Assembly: GCF_963921235.1 (NCBI RefSeq)
Contig: NC_086098.1
Span: 5,456,001 to 5,520,000, forward strand
Source of the DNA: Mobula hypostoma
Taxonomy: Eukaryota
Direction: 5' to 3'
DNA: 64,000 nt
Below the pieces are notes generated by a model. The model saw only the letters and a program-made list of their open reading frames with translations. It searched no databases and was not told the DNA's origin. Positions within the stretch are counted from its first letter, which is position 1; each line of letters starts with the position of its first letter. A program made the position numbers and the translations under genes. Below are positions 24,353 to 37,391 of the stretch, one piece after another.

Positions 24353-25005
24353 CGTAAGATCATAAGATATAGGAGCTGAATTAGGTCATTTGGCCCATTG
24401 AGTCTGCTCCACCATATCACCATGGCTGATTCATCTCCCTCTCAGCCCCAATCTCCCACCTTCTCTTGTATTCCTTCACACACTGACCAATAAAGAATCT
24501 ATCAACTTCTGCCTTACATATACCAGATGACTTGGCCTCTACAGCTGCCTGTGGTAAGGAATTCCACAGATTCACCACTCGCTGGCTAAAGAAATTCCTC
24601 CTCATCTCCATTCTAAATGGACATCCCTCTACTCTGAGGCTGTGTCTTCTGATCTTCGATGCCCCCATTATAGGAGAAGTCTTCTCCACATCCACTCTAA
24701 CAAGACCTTTCAACATTGGATAGGCTTCGCTGGGATTCCTCCTCAAACTTCTGAATTCCAGTGAGTAGAGGCCCCGAACTATCAAACGCTCCTCATATGA
24801 CGGGCCTTTTGATGCCAGAATCATTTTAGTAAACCTCTTTTGAACCCTCTCCAATGTCAGCATAGATAAGGGGCCCAAAGCTGCTCACAGTATACCTAGT
24901 GAGGCCTCACCTGTTCCTTTTAAAGCCTGAACATTACATCCTTGCTTTTATATTGCAGTCCTCTCGAAATGAATGTTAACATTCCATTTGCCTTCCACAC
25001 CACCG
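24353..25005 (-). mobile_element. CR1 3' fragment
   Basis: ORF 24417-24878 LERVQKRFTKMI..FFSQRVVNLWNSLP. Confidence 0.9.
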
Positions 25006-25444
25006 ATTTGTCTGGCATTGGGACAGTTACTGCATATAGGGGTTTTGAAATCCAGAAGCATTACATTATTATAAACACTATAGATATTATAATAGTACAG
25101 AAAGACATATTCATAACACAAGTATCAATATTATAAAATACTTGCATATGAAATGAGTTTGAAATTACTATTTAAATTGCTTTAAGGTGCTTTGATAATG
25201 GTTTGAAATGGAGTAAATTGCTGGTTTTTTACCTTTCCAGGCAGACTATCATATAGGGTCTATTGCAAGGGATGATTCATTACGAAGGGTTGATTTTCCG
25301 TGCATATTGATGATGCTTCAAGATCAGCATCAGAATCAGGTTTAATATCACTAGTCTATGTCATGAAATATGTTGTTTTATGGCAGCAGTACAGTGCAAT
25401 ACACAAAATACTATAAAATACACTAAGACTTTCATATTGACAAA

Positions 25445-25915
25445 TACAGCACCGTGCAAAAGTCATATATATCGCTAGGGTGCCTTGGGCCTTTGTACAG
25501 CACTGTATTTGTCATGGTGCAGGGAAAGCGAGTTTGAAAATCTGGCAGGAGCAAAGGATGTTGGGAATGGCGAGGGTGGAGCATCATGGGAGAGGTGTGG
25601 GACAGGTGGCAGGGCCAGAGAGGTGCTGTGGGTGCAGACACACCCAGCCTGAGAGATCGAACAAAGTCATTCGATTCCAAACAATTGGTTCATTGATCTT
25701 TACAGAATGTCACTCTGGTGCTTCCCGCTCCCTCCCCTCTCCCCTCCCCTTTTCCCAACCATGACTCCCCTCTCCCTGCCCCCTTCCCACTCTCAGTCCA
25801 CAATAGAGACCCATATTAGAATCAGGTTTATCATCACTCACAATGTGTCATGAAATTTGTTTTTTCATTTGTGGCAACTGTACTGTGCAATCCATAAAAT
25901 TGCTACAAAACTGTA
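25445..25915. mobile_element. Unclassified MITE-like repeat with Tc1-like ends; second copy at ~62265-62590
   Basis: End TACAGCACCGTGCAAAAGTC. Body GGAGCAAAGGATG(T/C)TGGGAATGG..CCCAGCC..TACAGAATG is shared with 62265-62590. Confidence 0.6.
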
Positions 25916-25936
25916 CCCTTCTTATCACTACATATA

Positions 25937-27567
25937 CAGTGCCTATAAAAAGCGAAAAGAGATCTCTACAAAATGATCTTAATGAATTACTTATAGAAAA
26001 CACAAAATAATTGCATAATTACTCACCCCCTTCAAGTTAGTATTTAGTAGATGTACCTTTGGCAACAACTACAGCCTGAGTCTGTGTGGACAGTCTCTAT
26101 CAGCTTTGCACATCTGGATACTGCAATTTTTCTCCATTCTTCTTTACAAAACTACTCAAGCTCTGTCAGAATGCATGGGGATTGTGAGGGAAAAGCCATC
26201 TTCAAGTCCAGCCACAAATTCTCAATTGCATTGAGGTCTGGACTCTGCCGACCACTCTAGCACATTAACTTTGTTGTTTTTAAGCCATCCCTGTACTGAA
26301 TTTTGCTTTATGCTTGGGGTTGTTGTCTTAAGACCATAAGACCCATAGGAGCAGAGTTAGGCCATTTGGCCAATCAGGTCTGCTCCACCACTCAATCATG
26401 GCTGACCCTTTTTCCCCTTCTCAATCCCATTCCCCAGCCTTCTTCCCGAAACCTTTGATGCCATGTCCATTCATCCAATCAAGAACCTATCAATCTCTGA
26501 CTAAATACATCCAACGACCTGACCTTCAGAGCTGCCTGTGGCAACAAATTCCACAAATTCACCACCCTTTGGCAAAAGAATTTTCTCCGCATCACTGTTT
26601 TGAAATGGACACCACTCTATCCTAAGACTGTTCCCTCTTGACCTAGACTCACTCACCATCCTTTCCACATCTACTCTGTCTAGGCATTTCAACATTCAAA
26701 AGGTTTCAATGAGATACCCCTCATCCTTCTAAATTCCAGCAAGTATAGACGCAGGACCATCAAATATTCCTCGTATGATAACCCTTTCATTCCCAGAATC
26801 ATCCTTGTGAACCTCCTCTGGACCTTCTCCAATACCAGCACATCTTTTCTTAGATATGCAGTTAAGTTGTTTAAACTGATGGTAGTAAAAACACACCTAT
26901 ATCTAGAAGGTCCAACTGCTGGTGAGTCAGTATCCTGGCAAAAACTACATCATGAAGACAAAAGAACACTCCAAACAACTCCGTGAAAATATTATTGATA
27001 AGCACAAGTCAGGAGATGGATACAAGAAAATTTCCAAGTCACTGAATATCCCTCGGATTACAGTTAAGTCAATCATCAAGAAATGGAAAGAATATGACAC
27101 AGCTGTAAATCTACCTACAGCAGATTGTTCTCAAAAAACTGAGTTACCATACAAGAAGGGGACTAGTGAGAGAGGCCGCCAAGAGACCTATGACAACTCT
27201 GGAGGAGTTACAAACTTCAGAGGCTGAGGTGAGAGAGACTGTGCATAGAGCCCTGTTGGCTGGGTGCTTCACCAGTCACAGAGAGTGGCAAAGAGAAGGT
27301 CACTGTTGAAAAAAATTCACATGAAATCTCCGATAGAATTTGCCAGAAGGCATGTGGGAGACCCTGAAGTCAGATGGGAGAATGTTCTATGGTCTAATGA
27401 AACCAAAATTAAGCTTTTTGGCCATCAGACTAAATGTTATGTTTGGCCTAAGCCAAACTTTGCATATCATCAAAAACACACCATCCCTAGCGTGAAGCAT
27501 GGTGGTTGCTGCATCATGCTGTGGGGATGCTTCACTGCAGCAGGTCCTGGAAGGCTTGGGAGGGTAG
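25937..27567. mobile_element. Tc1 transposon fragments in opposite orientations, separated by a CR1 fragment (~26329-26856, -)
   Basis: TA+CAGTGCCTATAAAAAG TIR followed by the transposase C-terminus on minus. 26952-27567 encodes MKTKEHSKQLRE..GYKKISKSLNIP..VLWSNETK..VKHGG on plus. Confidence 0.85.
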
Positions 27568-28481
27568 AATACTTTTTATATGCATATAAAATAGAAACTC
27601 TGCTGATGCTGGCAGTCCAAAGCAACCACACACAAAATGCTAGAGAAACTCAACAAGCCAGGCAGCATCTGTAGAAATGAATAAGCAGTTGATGTTTCAA
27701 GCCGTGATTCTTCAACAGGACAAATAGTGAACAAAAAAATTAGCGGGGCTGTGTCCATGAGTTTGCTCATTGTCTGTTCAGAACTCTGATGGTGGCGGGA
27801 AAGAAGTTGTTTGTGTATCATTAAACATGTGTCTTCAGTCTCCTGTACCCTGATGGTAGCAGTGACAAGAGAGCATGTCCTGGGTGATAGGGGTCCTTAA
27901 TGACGGATACTGTCTTTCTGATGCATCGCCTTTTGAAGATGTCCTCGATGGTGGGGAGGCTAGAGGCCATGATGGAGCTGGATGAGTTTACAGCCCTCTG
28001 CTTTTACTGATCCTGTGCAGTGATCGCTCCATACCAGACAGTGATGTGTTTGTCGAATGCACTGCTGTATTCCGGGAACAGAAAAGCAGATGATCACCAC
28101 CGCTACTTAAGAGAATATATTGAACAATGGGAAATAATTAAAGAGCACAAGATGGTAAACCAATTAAGTGGTTCATAAATAACATCATTAACTACATCAG
28201 TTGTGTTTGATCTGTTCATAAAAAGCAACTAAATTCAAGGTTAGATTGTTGCTTTGTATTGATCCCCAGACGTCTGTTATTTTTTGATGATCCATATATT
28301 CTTCATTGGTTAAGTTTAATGCATTTTGTTGCAGTAGCAACTGTTGGCGTGCACTAAGCAGTGAAGTCATTATTGAATCTTATTGCAGAAGAAAAAGCAA
28401 TAAGTCTTTGAGAGCTCCATGTGCAGTCGGAATTGTCAAAGATATTCCTGTATTTTTCTCTATATTAGCTACTGTGGAAGT

Positions 28482-29028
28482 TCAGTGGTCACTTTGTAAG
28501 GGTACATACGTACACCTGCTCGTTAGTGCAAGTATCAAATCAGCCAATCATGAGGCTGCAAGTCGATGCATAAAAACATGCAGACATGGTCAAGAGGTTC
28601 GGTTGTTAATCAGACCAAACATTAGAATGGAGAAGAAGTATGGTGTAAATGACTTTGACCATGTTGGTGCCATACAGGGTGGTTTGAGTATCACAGAAAC
28701 TACTGATTTCCTGGTATTTTCTTGTAGAGCAGTCTCCAGAGTTTACAGAAATTGTGTGAAAAGGGAAAATAAAATCCAGTGAGTGGCAGTTCTATAGGAA
28801 AAGGTGCCTTGTTAATGACAGAGGTCAGAGGAGAATGGTCATATTGGTTCAAGCAGCCAGGAAGGTGAGAGTAACTCAAATAACCACAAGTGGTGTGCAG
28901 AAGAGCATCTCCTTATACCAATGCCGAGCCTTGAAGTGGATGGCTACAGCTGTAGAAGACCATGAATAATCACTCAGTGGCTACTTTGTTAGGTACAGGA
29001 GGCATCTAATAAAATGGCCACCGAGTGT
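28482..29028 (+). mobile_element. Non-autonomous Tc1-like element
   Basis: Ends CAGTGGTCACTTT / AAAATGGCCACCGAGTG-TA; HTH remnant homologous to 4536-4970. Confidence 0.85.
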
Positions 29029-29047
29029 ATTCCCATCGCGTTCCTTT

Positions 29048-29250
29048 AACACATGCAAAATGCTGGTGGAATGTAGCAGGCCAGGCAGCATCTATAGGAA
29101 GAAGTACAGTCAACGTTTCGGGCTGAGACCCTTTGTCAGTCCTGAAACGTCAACTGTACTTCTTCCTATAGATGCTGCCTGGCCTGCTGTGTTCCACCAG
29201 CATTTCATGTGTGTTGCTTGAATTTCCAGCATCTGCAGATTTTCTTGTGT
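29048..29250. repeat. Inverted pair of PLE pLTR segments forming a long hairpin
   Basis: 29075-29110 is the exact reverse complement of 29153-29188 (36 bp), extending imperfectly to 29048/29215. Confidence 0.9.
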
Positions 29251-30324
29251 TTGAGGTCCTCTAACAGTCTGCTTGTGGGGATCAAGAGGTATCAAATGAT
29301 TGCACACGCGAAATAGCAGAGTTTCAAGGCATTCCTCTGCCTCATGGTAATTATTTGGACTCCTGGACAATGAATACCTGATGAGAGCAAGATTATGTTG
29401 GTTAGGAGATCAAAGACATTTGAATGCATAAATAAACAGAATATAAGGTACCAGGGAACCTCAATTTCCTGATCACTGGTCCATACTGTCGGTTTTCCTT
29501 GTTGTGAACACCTGAACAGGAATCAAGTTTAATCTGAGCCCACAACTTTTTATCTGATCCCAGGAGGATTTCATGCACGGTATAATGGTCGAAACCAGAT
29601 TTACTTTCTTACAATGAGGCTTAGTATTCAAAAATAGTACTTCCTTTTTAAAGGTAACGCATATAAACACGTTTCCTGTATGAGTCAAAAGTCAAAACCC
29701 TGTAGAACTATTTTGTGACAGGATTTATCCAACAGTCATTTATGTTCTCCCAACAATGCCCTGAAGATTAGAGAAATGATGGAGTGAGAGCATGTTGCTG
29801 AAGGCAATCTGTGACTCTGCAAACTCAGCTCAATATTGACAAATTTCAGAAGCAGCCGTGCTATTTGGGTTTATAAGGAGAAAAATAGAGTCTTTCCTTG
29901 AAAGAGAGTTTTCTCTTAGAACCCTGAATATTTTATTCTGTTATTCCGAACTTACTGAACTGATACAAAGCAACTGTTCTAAGTGGGCCAATCTATTTTG
30001 ATTTGAGAATGATAGGAATGAAGAGATTATTTTATCACAATGGAAAGTATTTAGTTTATCCAGTTTTAATTGTAAAGTATGTGCCCAAGATTCAAAGTTT
30101 AAGTTCAAAGTAAATTTATTGTCAAAGTACATATATGTTACTATATGCTACCTTGAAATCATTTTTTTGCAGGCCGTTACAAGAGAAAAAGAAACAAAAT
30201 TGTATTTACTATATGTATATGTAACTGCACAAAAGTAACAGAAACAATACTGAGAACATGACCTGTGAAGAGTCCTTGGGAGTGAGTCTGTAGTTCAGAG
30301 AGTTGTGGTGGGTGAATTTCTTAA

Positions 30325-30590
30325 AATTTTATTTTATTTCATGTTAAGAGTAGAACAGACTCTTCCATGCTTTCGAGCCACACTGCCCAGCATCCCCTGG
30401 CAACCCCGATTCAACCCTAAACTAATCACGGGGCAATTTACAATCAACAATTAACATAGCCAGTACATCTCTGGATTGTGGGAGGAAAACAGAGGAGCTG
30501 GAGAAAATCCATACATGCCATGGGAGGATGCAGAGAGGCTCCTGACAGAGGCCGCTGGGATTGAATTCCAAATTCCGGGCTCCTGATAGT
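30325..30590 (-). mobile_element. V-SINE inserted in a Rex-type tail
   Basis: Reverse V-domain GTGGGAGGAAAACAGAGGAGCTGGAG and B-box GGGATTGAATTC. Confidence 0.7.
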
Positions 30591-30784
30591 AACTGTTCCT
30601 GAATAAGGTGGAGCGGGACCCAAGGTCTCTATACCTGCAGACCAATGACAGTAGTGAGAAGAGAGCATAGTCTGAATGGTGGCGGTCTTTGGTAACAGAT
30701 GCTATTTTCTTGTGGCAGCAGATACACCACGTGACTCTCCTATCAAATCAGGATCTGAGTACATACACACAGATAGAAGCATGA

Positions 30785-31400
30785 AGTGTCCTGGCCAGAA
30801 ATGTCTATTGTTTATTCCCCTCCATAGATGCTGCCTGACCTGCTGAGTTCCTCCAGCATTTTGTTTGTGTGTGTTGCTCTAGATGCTCAAATCACGTCCA
30901 TTCTTAAAAAGGCATTATTTTGAAGTAATACACACAAAATGCTGGAGGAACAGAGCAGGTCAGGCAGCATCTATGGGAATAAATATTAATTGAGTTTTCG
31001 TGCTGAGACCCTTCTTCAGAACTGAGAAGCAAGGGGGAAGGTGCCAGAATAAAAAGGTAGGGGGAAGGGAAGGAGGCTCTCTGGAAGGTGATAGGTGAAG
31101 CCAGGTGGGTGGAATGGTCAAGGGTCTTAGCCCAAAACATTGACTATCTACTAATTTCCATGTATGCTGCCTGACCTGCTGAGGTCCAGCATTTTGTTTG
31201 TATTACTTTGGATTACCAGCATCTGCAGACTTTCTCATGTTGATTAATTTGAAGAAATCTCTTTACATTAATTGACATTTTAAAACTCATCAGGGTGAGT
31301 TCTGAAGAAAGCTCTCAGCCCAAAATGTCAACTATTTGCTTTTCTCTGTGGACAGTGCCTGACCTGCTGAGTTCCTCCAGCATTTTGTGTGAGTTGCTTA
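30785..31400. mobile_element. Cluster of four PLE pLTR fragments in mixed orientation, hammerheads degenerate
   Basis: Repeated TGCCTGACCTGCTGAGTTCCTCCAGCATTTTG on both strands. Confidence 0.8.
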
Positions 31401-31794
31401 ACATTTTAAAACTATCTGGTGATTATTACCACTGTATACAGTTAATGAAATCTTATCTTCAGATTAGATGATAAGCTACACCAATACTTTGTTACTTCAT
31501 TGCAAGCGTACTTCATATGTCTTAATGGCTCAACTGCAACTTGAAGATGGATGCCTTTATTTTCAATGGGAAACTCATAGCAAGCATGCTTGACCAGCAA
31601 GTGATGACTTGTGGGAATGGTTACCGTGGTGATTAGTTAAGGGGAAGCATGTTGAACAGAGAGTGAAAGAAATAGGTTATGCTGATAAGTTTGGATGTAG
31701 AAAGGTGGGACGATGAACAATGCTTTAAAGTACAGTGGGACCATAGTTTTGTTTCTGTCCTCTACGTCTGGTTTAATGTTATGCAATATACTGT

Positions 31795-32350
31795 ACACAC
31801 AGTAGCTTCGGTACCTAATGAAGTGGTCCCTGAGTGTATGTCTCTGGTCTTTTGCTGCTGTGAACCAGCCACTTCAAGATTCAACATGTTGTGCATTTGG
31901 TGATGCTCTCCTGCACGCCACTGTTGTAACACATGGGTATTTGAGTTACTCTCACCTTCCTGTCAGCTTAAACCAGTCTGGCTATTCTCCTCTGACCTCT
32001 CTCATTAACAAAGTGTTTTCACCCACAGAACTGCTGCTCACTGGATTTTTTTTTTGTTTGTCACACAATTCTCTGTAAATTCCAGAGACTGTGGCACGTG
32101 AAACTCCCAGGAGATCATCAGTTTCTGAAATACTCAAGAGACCCTGTCTGACACTATAAACATTCCATGATCAATGTCTGTAAGATCACATTTCTTCCCC
32201 ATTCTGATGTTTGGTCTGAACAACAACTGAACCTCTTGACCATGTCTGCATGCTTTCATACATTGAGTTGCTGCCGCATGATTGGCTGATTAGATATTTC
32301 CATTAACAAGCAGGTGTGTAGGTGTACCAAAAAATTGGCCACTGGGTGTA
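31795..32350 (-). mobile_element. Non-autonomous Tc1-like element (third copy)
   Basis: Reverse complement of 28482-29028; end TGGCCACTGGGTGTA. Confidence 0.8.
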
Positions 32351-33130
32351 TATTCTGGTTCCTAAATTAATTAATAATGGATGCATTTCTGTTAGCCACT
32401 GTCTTTAAGCAGTCTGTGCATTCCCCCCGTGACCATGTGGCTTTCCTCTGGGTGCTCTGGTTTCCTCCCACAGTCCATGATGCATGTGTTAGGGCTGGTA
32501 AATGGTAGGTGTGTCATGTTGGTGCAGGAAGTGTGGTGATACTCGTGGGCTGCCCCCAGCACATCATCGGACTGCGTTGGTCATTGACTCAAATTACACA
32601 ATTCACTATGCACATGTGATAAATAAAGCTAATCTATTTCTCAAACGTCAGTTTTCTATTATAATAACATTATTTGCAGAATACTTCAGAATTGATTGTT
32701 GAAAAGCTTGACATTAAGCTCGAGTTTGTTTTTCAGAAATGAGGAAATAGATTTAATCCTCTAGTGAGAGGAAGCTTTAAATTAAGTCCAATAAAATGCG
32801 AACCAGTGTGCTTTTTTTGCTTACTGAGCTGACACATTTACTGAGAGACAGATGAATGGAATGATCGATCAAAGTAAGTTTCTTTTTTTTCTACTCTGGT
32901 CAGTAGGTTGTTCAAGTCGATAGAGGCAGGTAAGTCAAAGACTGAAGCCAAAAGTTTTCCATTTGTACAATATTTGGAGACTAAAGCTGGAATTCTAAAC
33001 TTCATCTCATTAAATGGAGAGCAGAAAAGAACAACTAAAAAGTATGTGCAGTTGGCAGTGAATAAGGTAAAGAACCCAGTGATTAGTTGGCCATTAAATA
33101 CCTGTTCAAGTTCAAGTTTATTGTCATCTG

Positions 33131-33825
33131 GAGGAGGAGGAGAAGATGGCGGCACGACGCAGCTTGCGCGGCCACTCCGGTGAATGATATCTGTAATCTG
33201 TCCAGTAGGGTGCCGTGCACAATCCTGATTTGATGGAGACAGACGTGAGAGAATGGAGGAACATCTGGAGAAACTTCTGAAATGCCTTCTTCACTGCCGC
33301 TATTACTGTGTGATCCTGAATCTCCGGAGGGGAAGGCCCCGAGTCCTCGGCTTTGCTTCTTGCTCGGTGGCTGGGACGGGGTCGAAGCGCTCGGCAGAGA
33401 TGGTGCTCGGTGCTCAGTGTCGAAGGGCTGGTCCGAGGCTCGAAGTTTTTGGATGGACTCAGAGTCAGCTGGGGTCGGGTGCTTCCAATGCATCGACAGT
33501 TGCCAGTGCCTGGAGGTTTATGGCAGAGAGAGTTTCTCCCTTCTGCTGCCTGCTATTGGAACTATCGGGAGTCGATTGGAACTTTGAGACTTTTTTTTAC
33601 TGTTCCCATGGTCTGTTCTTTATCAAATTATGGTATTGTTTTACACTGCTGTAACTATATATTATAATTATGTGGTCTTGTCAGTGTTAGTCTTTGGTTT
33701 GTCCTTTTTTTTGTGATATCACTCTGGAGGAACATTGTATCATTTCTTAACGTATGCATGCATTTCTAAATGACAATAAACAAGGATTGAGTGTCCTCAT
33801 AATCTAAATCTAAAAAAAAATCTAA
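33131..33825 (+). mobile_element. Apparently full-length ~695-bp non-autonomous LINE-derived retroposon (Rex-type 3' end)
   Basis: GC/CpG-rich 5' part starting GAGGAGGAGGAGAAGATGGCGGC, AATAAA and an (AATCTA)n tail, flanking duplication ATCTG. Inserted in another Rex tail. Confidence 0.75.
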
Positions 33826-34087
33826 ATCTGACTACATATATACAAGCAAACAAAACAAAATTCCTCAGGATCACAGTGCACCCAGAAAACCCAGTAATCA
33901 GTAAACAGCTCACTGACCTGGTGATGAGACCTCGGTGGTCATCGGGTATTCTTTAGTCTCACAGCCTGAGGAAAGAAGTTGTTTCCCAGTATGGCAGTCC
34001 TAGTGCTGATGCTCATGTACCTCCTTCCTCTTGGGAGTGGGTCAAAGAGATTGTGCAATGGGTGGTAGGAGTCCTCAACAATGCTTT

Positions 34088-35475
34088 AGAACACAGAACA
34101 TAGAAAAGTACAGCACAGTACAGGCCCTTTGGCCCACAATGTTATGCTGACCCTCAAACCCTGCCTCCCATATAAGCCCTCACCTTAAATTCCTCCATAT
34201 ACCTGTCTAGTAATCTCTTAAACTTCACTAGTGTATCTGCCTCCACCACTGACTCAGGCAGTGCATTCCACGCACCAACCACTCTCTGAGTAAAAAACCT
34301 TCCTCTAATATCCCCCTTGAACTTCCCAGCCCTTACCTTAAAGCCATGTCCTCTTGTATTGAGCAGTGGTACCCTGGGGAAGAGGCACTGGCTATCCACT
34401 CTATCTATTGCTCTTATTATCTTGTACACCTCTATCATGTCTCCTCTCATCCTCCTTCTCTCCAAAGAATAAAGCCCTAACTCCCTTAATCTCTGATCAT
34501 AATGCATACTCTCTAAACCAGGCAGCATCCTGGTAAATCTCCTCTGTACCCTTTCCAGTACTTCCACATCCTTCCTATAGTGAGGTGACCAGAACTAGAC
34601 ACAGTACTCCAAGTGTGGGCTAACCAGAGTTTTATAGAGCTGCATCATTACATCACGACTCTTAAACTCTATCCCTCGATTTATGAAAGCTAACACCCCA
34701 TAAGATTTCTTAACTACCCTATCTACCTGTGAGGCAACTTTCAGGGATGTGTGGACATGTACCCCCAGATCCCTCTGCTCCTCCACACTACCAAGTATCC
34801 TGCCATTTACTTTGTACTCTGCCTTGGAGTTTGTCCTTCCAAAGTGTACCACCTCACACTTCTCCGGGTTGAACTCCATCTGCCACTTCTCAGCCCACTT
34901 CTGCATCCTATCAATGTCTTTCTGCAATCTTTGACAATCCTCTACACTATCTACAACACCACCAACCTTTGTGTCGTCTGCAAACTTGCCAACCCACCCT
35001 TCTACCCCCACATCCAGGTCATTAATAAAAATCACGAAAAGTAGAGGTCCCAGAACAGATCCTTGTGGGACACCACTAGTCACAATCCCCCAATCTGAAT
35101 GTATTCCCTCCACCACGACCCTCTGCCTTCTGCAGGCAAGCCAATTCTGAATCCACCTGGCCAAACTTCCCTGGATCCCATGCCTTCTAACTTTCTGAAT
35201 AAGCCTACCGTCTGGAACCTTGTCAAATGCCTTACTAAAATCCACATAGATCACATCCACTACACTACCCTCATCTATATGCCTGGTCACCTCCTCAAAG
35301 AACTCTATCAGGCTTGTTAGACACGATCTGCCCTTCACAAAGCCATGCTGACTGTCCCTGATCAGACAATGATTCTCTAAATGCCCAGAGATCCTATCTT
35401 TAAGAATCTTTTCCAACAGCTTTCCTACCACAGGCGTAAGTCTATAATTACCCGGACTATCCCTACTACCTTTTT
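34088..35475 (-). mobile_element. Relatively young 5'-truncated CR1 with most of the RT domain
   Basis: 313-aa ORF 34595-35536 (QHGFVKGRSC, YVDFSKAFDKV, GVPQGSVLGP, KFADDTK), one stop, then ORF 34154-34567. Confidence 0.95.
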
Positions 35476-35589
35476 GGGTCCTTTGTGTGCAACACTCCTG
35501 GTAAGTGTCACAAATAGGGGGGAAGTGAGAACCCAACGATCCGCTTGGCAGTTTTTACTATAAGTAGGACTGTATTATACTGTTCGTAG

Positions 35590-35970
35590 TGCGATCACTC
35601 GAGTTGAGTGTGATGTCCTCCCGAGAGATTACTCCCTAAATAGAGAATGCCTGATTGTTTTACGTGGGGAGGCTGACGCACAGACAGGCACCACACGGTC
35701 CTTGACAGATTGGGATCAGGATCCAGTGACAGGGAGTACAAGAGTACAAGACGGCGAGGGAACCTTCCCTGCTGCAGCCTTCTTCCGTCTTCAATGCTGT
35801 TATTATGTGTCATTATCTTCTTCCAGCTCTGCCGTTGAGGTCGGAATTGGATCGCTCTTTGTCTGGAACTTCCTCTCCTTGACCTTACCACCATGGGTGA
35901 CGCTACCAGAAGCTAAATTTTGGATGGCATTGCTCTCCTCCATGACAAGGTGATGATCCTCAGAGAAGAC
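35590..35970 (-). mobile_element. RTE/Expander-like 5'-UTR-derived short element, decayed
   Basis: Minus strand GGATCATCACCTTGTCATGG..GGTAGCGTCACCCATGG..CCAGACAAAGAGCGATCC resembles recalled Expander/Rex3-type 5' UTRs. It shares CACTGGATCC and CCTCCCCACGTAAAACAATCA motifs with the 20356-20914 element. Confidence 0.5.
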
Positions 35971-35984
35971 ATGAAATAGTAAAT

Positions 35985-36525
35985 GAACATAGAAACATAG
36001 AAACATAGAAACATAGAAAATAGGTGCAGGAGTAGGCCATTCGGCCCTTCGAGCCTGCACCGCCATTTATTATGATCATGGCTGATCATCCAACTCAGAA
36101 CCCAGCCTTCCCTCCATACCCCCTGACCCCTGTAGCCACAAGGGCCATATCTAACTTCCTTTTAAACATAGCTAATGAACTGGCCTCAACAGTTTGCTGT
36201 GGCAGAGAATTCCACAGATTCACCACCCTCTGTGTGAAGAAGTTTTTCCTAATCTCGGTCCTAAAAGGCTTCCCCTCTATCCTCAAACTGTGACCCCTCG
36301 TTCTGGACCTCCCCAACATCGGGAAGAATCTTCCCGCATCTAGCCTGTCCAATCCCTTTAGGATCTTATACGTTTCAATCAGATCCCCCCTCAATCTTCT
36401 AAATTCCAACGAGTACAAGCCCAGTTCATCCAGTCTTTCTTCATATGAAAGACCTGCCATCCCAGGAATCAATCTGGTGAACCTTCTTTGTACTCCCTCT
36501 ATGGCAAAGATGTCTTTCCTCAGAT
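35985..36525 (-). mobile_element. Young CR1 3' fragment, near-identical to 19196-19725
   Basis: ORF 36095-36541 differs from the matching part of 18950-19627 at three residues; same tail repeat. Confidence 0.92.
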
Positions 36526-37391
36526 TATTGTCTCTTATCACTAATTCTGATTACAACAGTAGACTATCGAAGCAGGGTAGCAGTTGAGGGCTTCATTGAT
36601 GGTGGAGGGATTATTCATACAGCTCTGTCATAACCATCTAAAGTCCAAATCCCTGAGAGTCTCCCCAGATGAACCTCAAGAACAAAGGAGACTAAGATAG
36701 CTGATGCCCAAAGGAAGGAGCATGTCAATGAATCTCTTCACTATGACACTGTCTGTTAATAAATTCCCTTTCCACTAATACTTCCTGACCAGAACTTTTC
36801 CAGAATTTTCTGTTTATGTACACTTCAGATTTCCTGCATTCATGGTTAATTTCTGGTTTTTAAATTCTGATACAAACCATGAAAGGATTGTTGAATTCAA
36901 TGCTGAAATCTAAGGTTGTAATGGGTCAAGTCCAAAGATGAATAGTGATTCGTCAGGCTTACACTGGTCTTCATTAGAACAGAGAGGTCAGTGAGTATTT
37001 GGGATGAATAACTAAACAATGGCCACCCTTATAGACCATCCTGTAAAGCAGCCATCTCATCTTCCAGGGTCTGTGCATGTTAAAATGGCCCTGCTGCAAG
37101 GCACTCTTGCAAAAATTGGTTCCTCACTGCTGCTCTAGGGCCTAACAGAAACATCAAGTAACAGATAACTTTTATCTGTATCATATTATAAAAGTTTTGT
37201 GAAATATGAATTCAGTCACGTAAAGTGATGATAGTGAAGACAGCAAATGTCTGATCCAAGGGGTAAATTTCTGGAACAAGAAAGAGATAGACATTTATAA
37301 ATTATAATTCCGAGATTCAGATTCAGGCACATTTTTTATCACATGTACATCGAAACATATAGTGAAATGTATTGTTGCTTGAACAAACAAC

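Noticed and set aside
25241..25320. Exon after the acceptor TTTTTACCTTTCCAG
   Set aside because: No convincing donor before it runs into a LINE tail.
34595..35536. Retron, DGR or group II intron reverse transcriptase
   Set aside because: Motifs and 3' UTR are plainly CR1 LINE ORF2; 5'-truncated with an internal stop.
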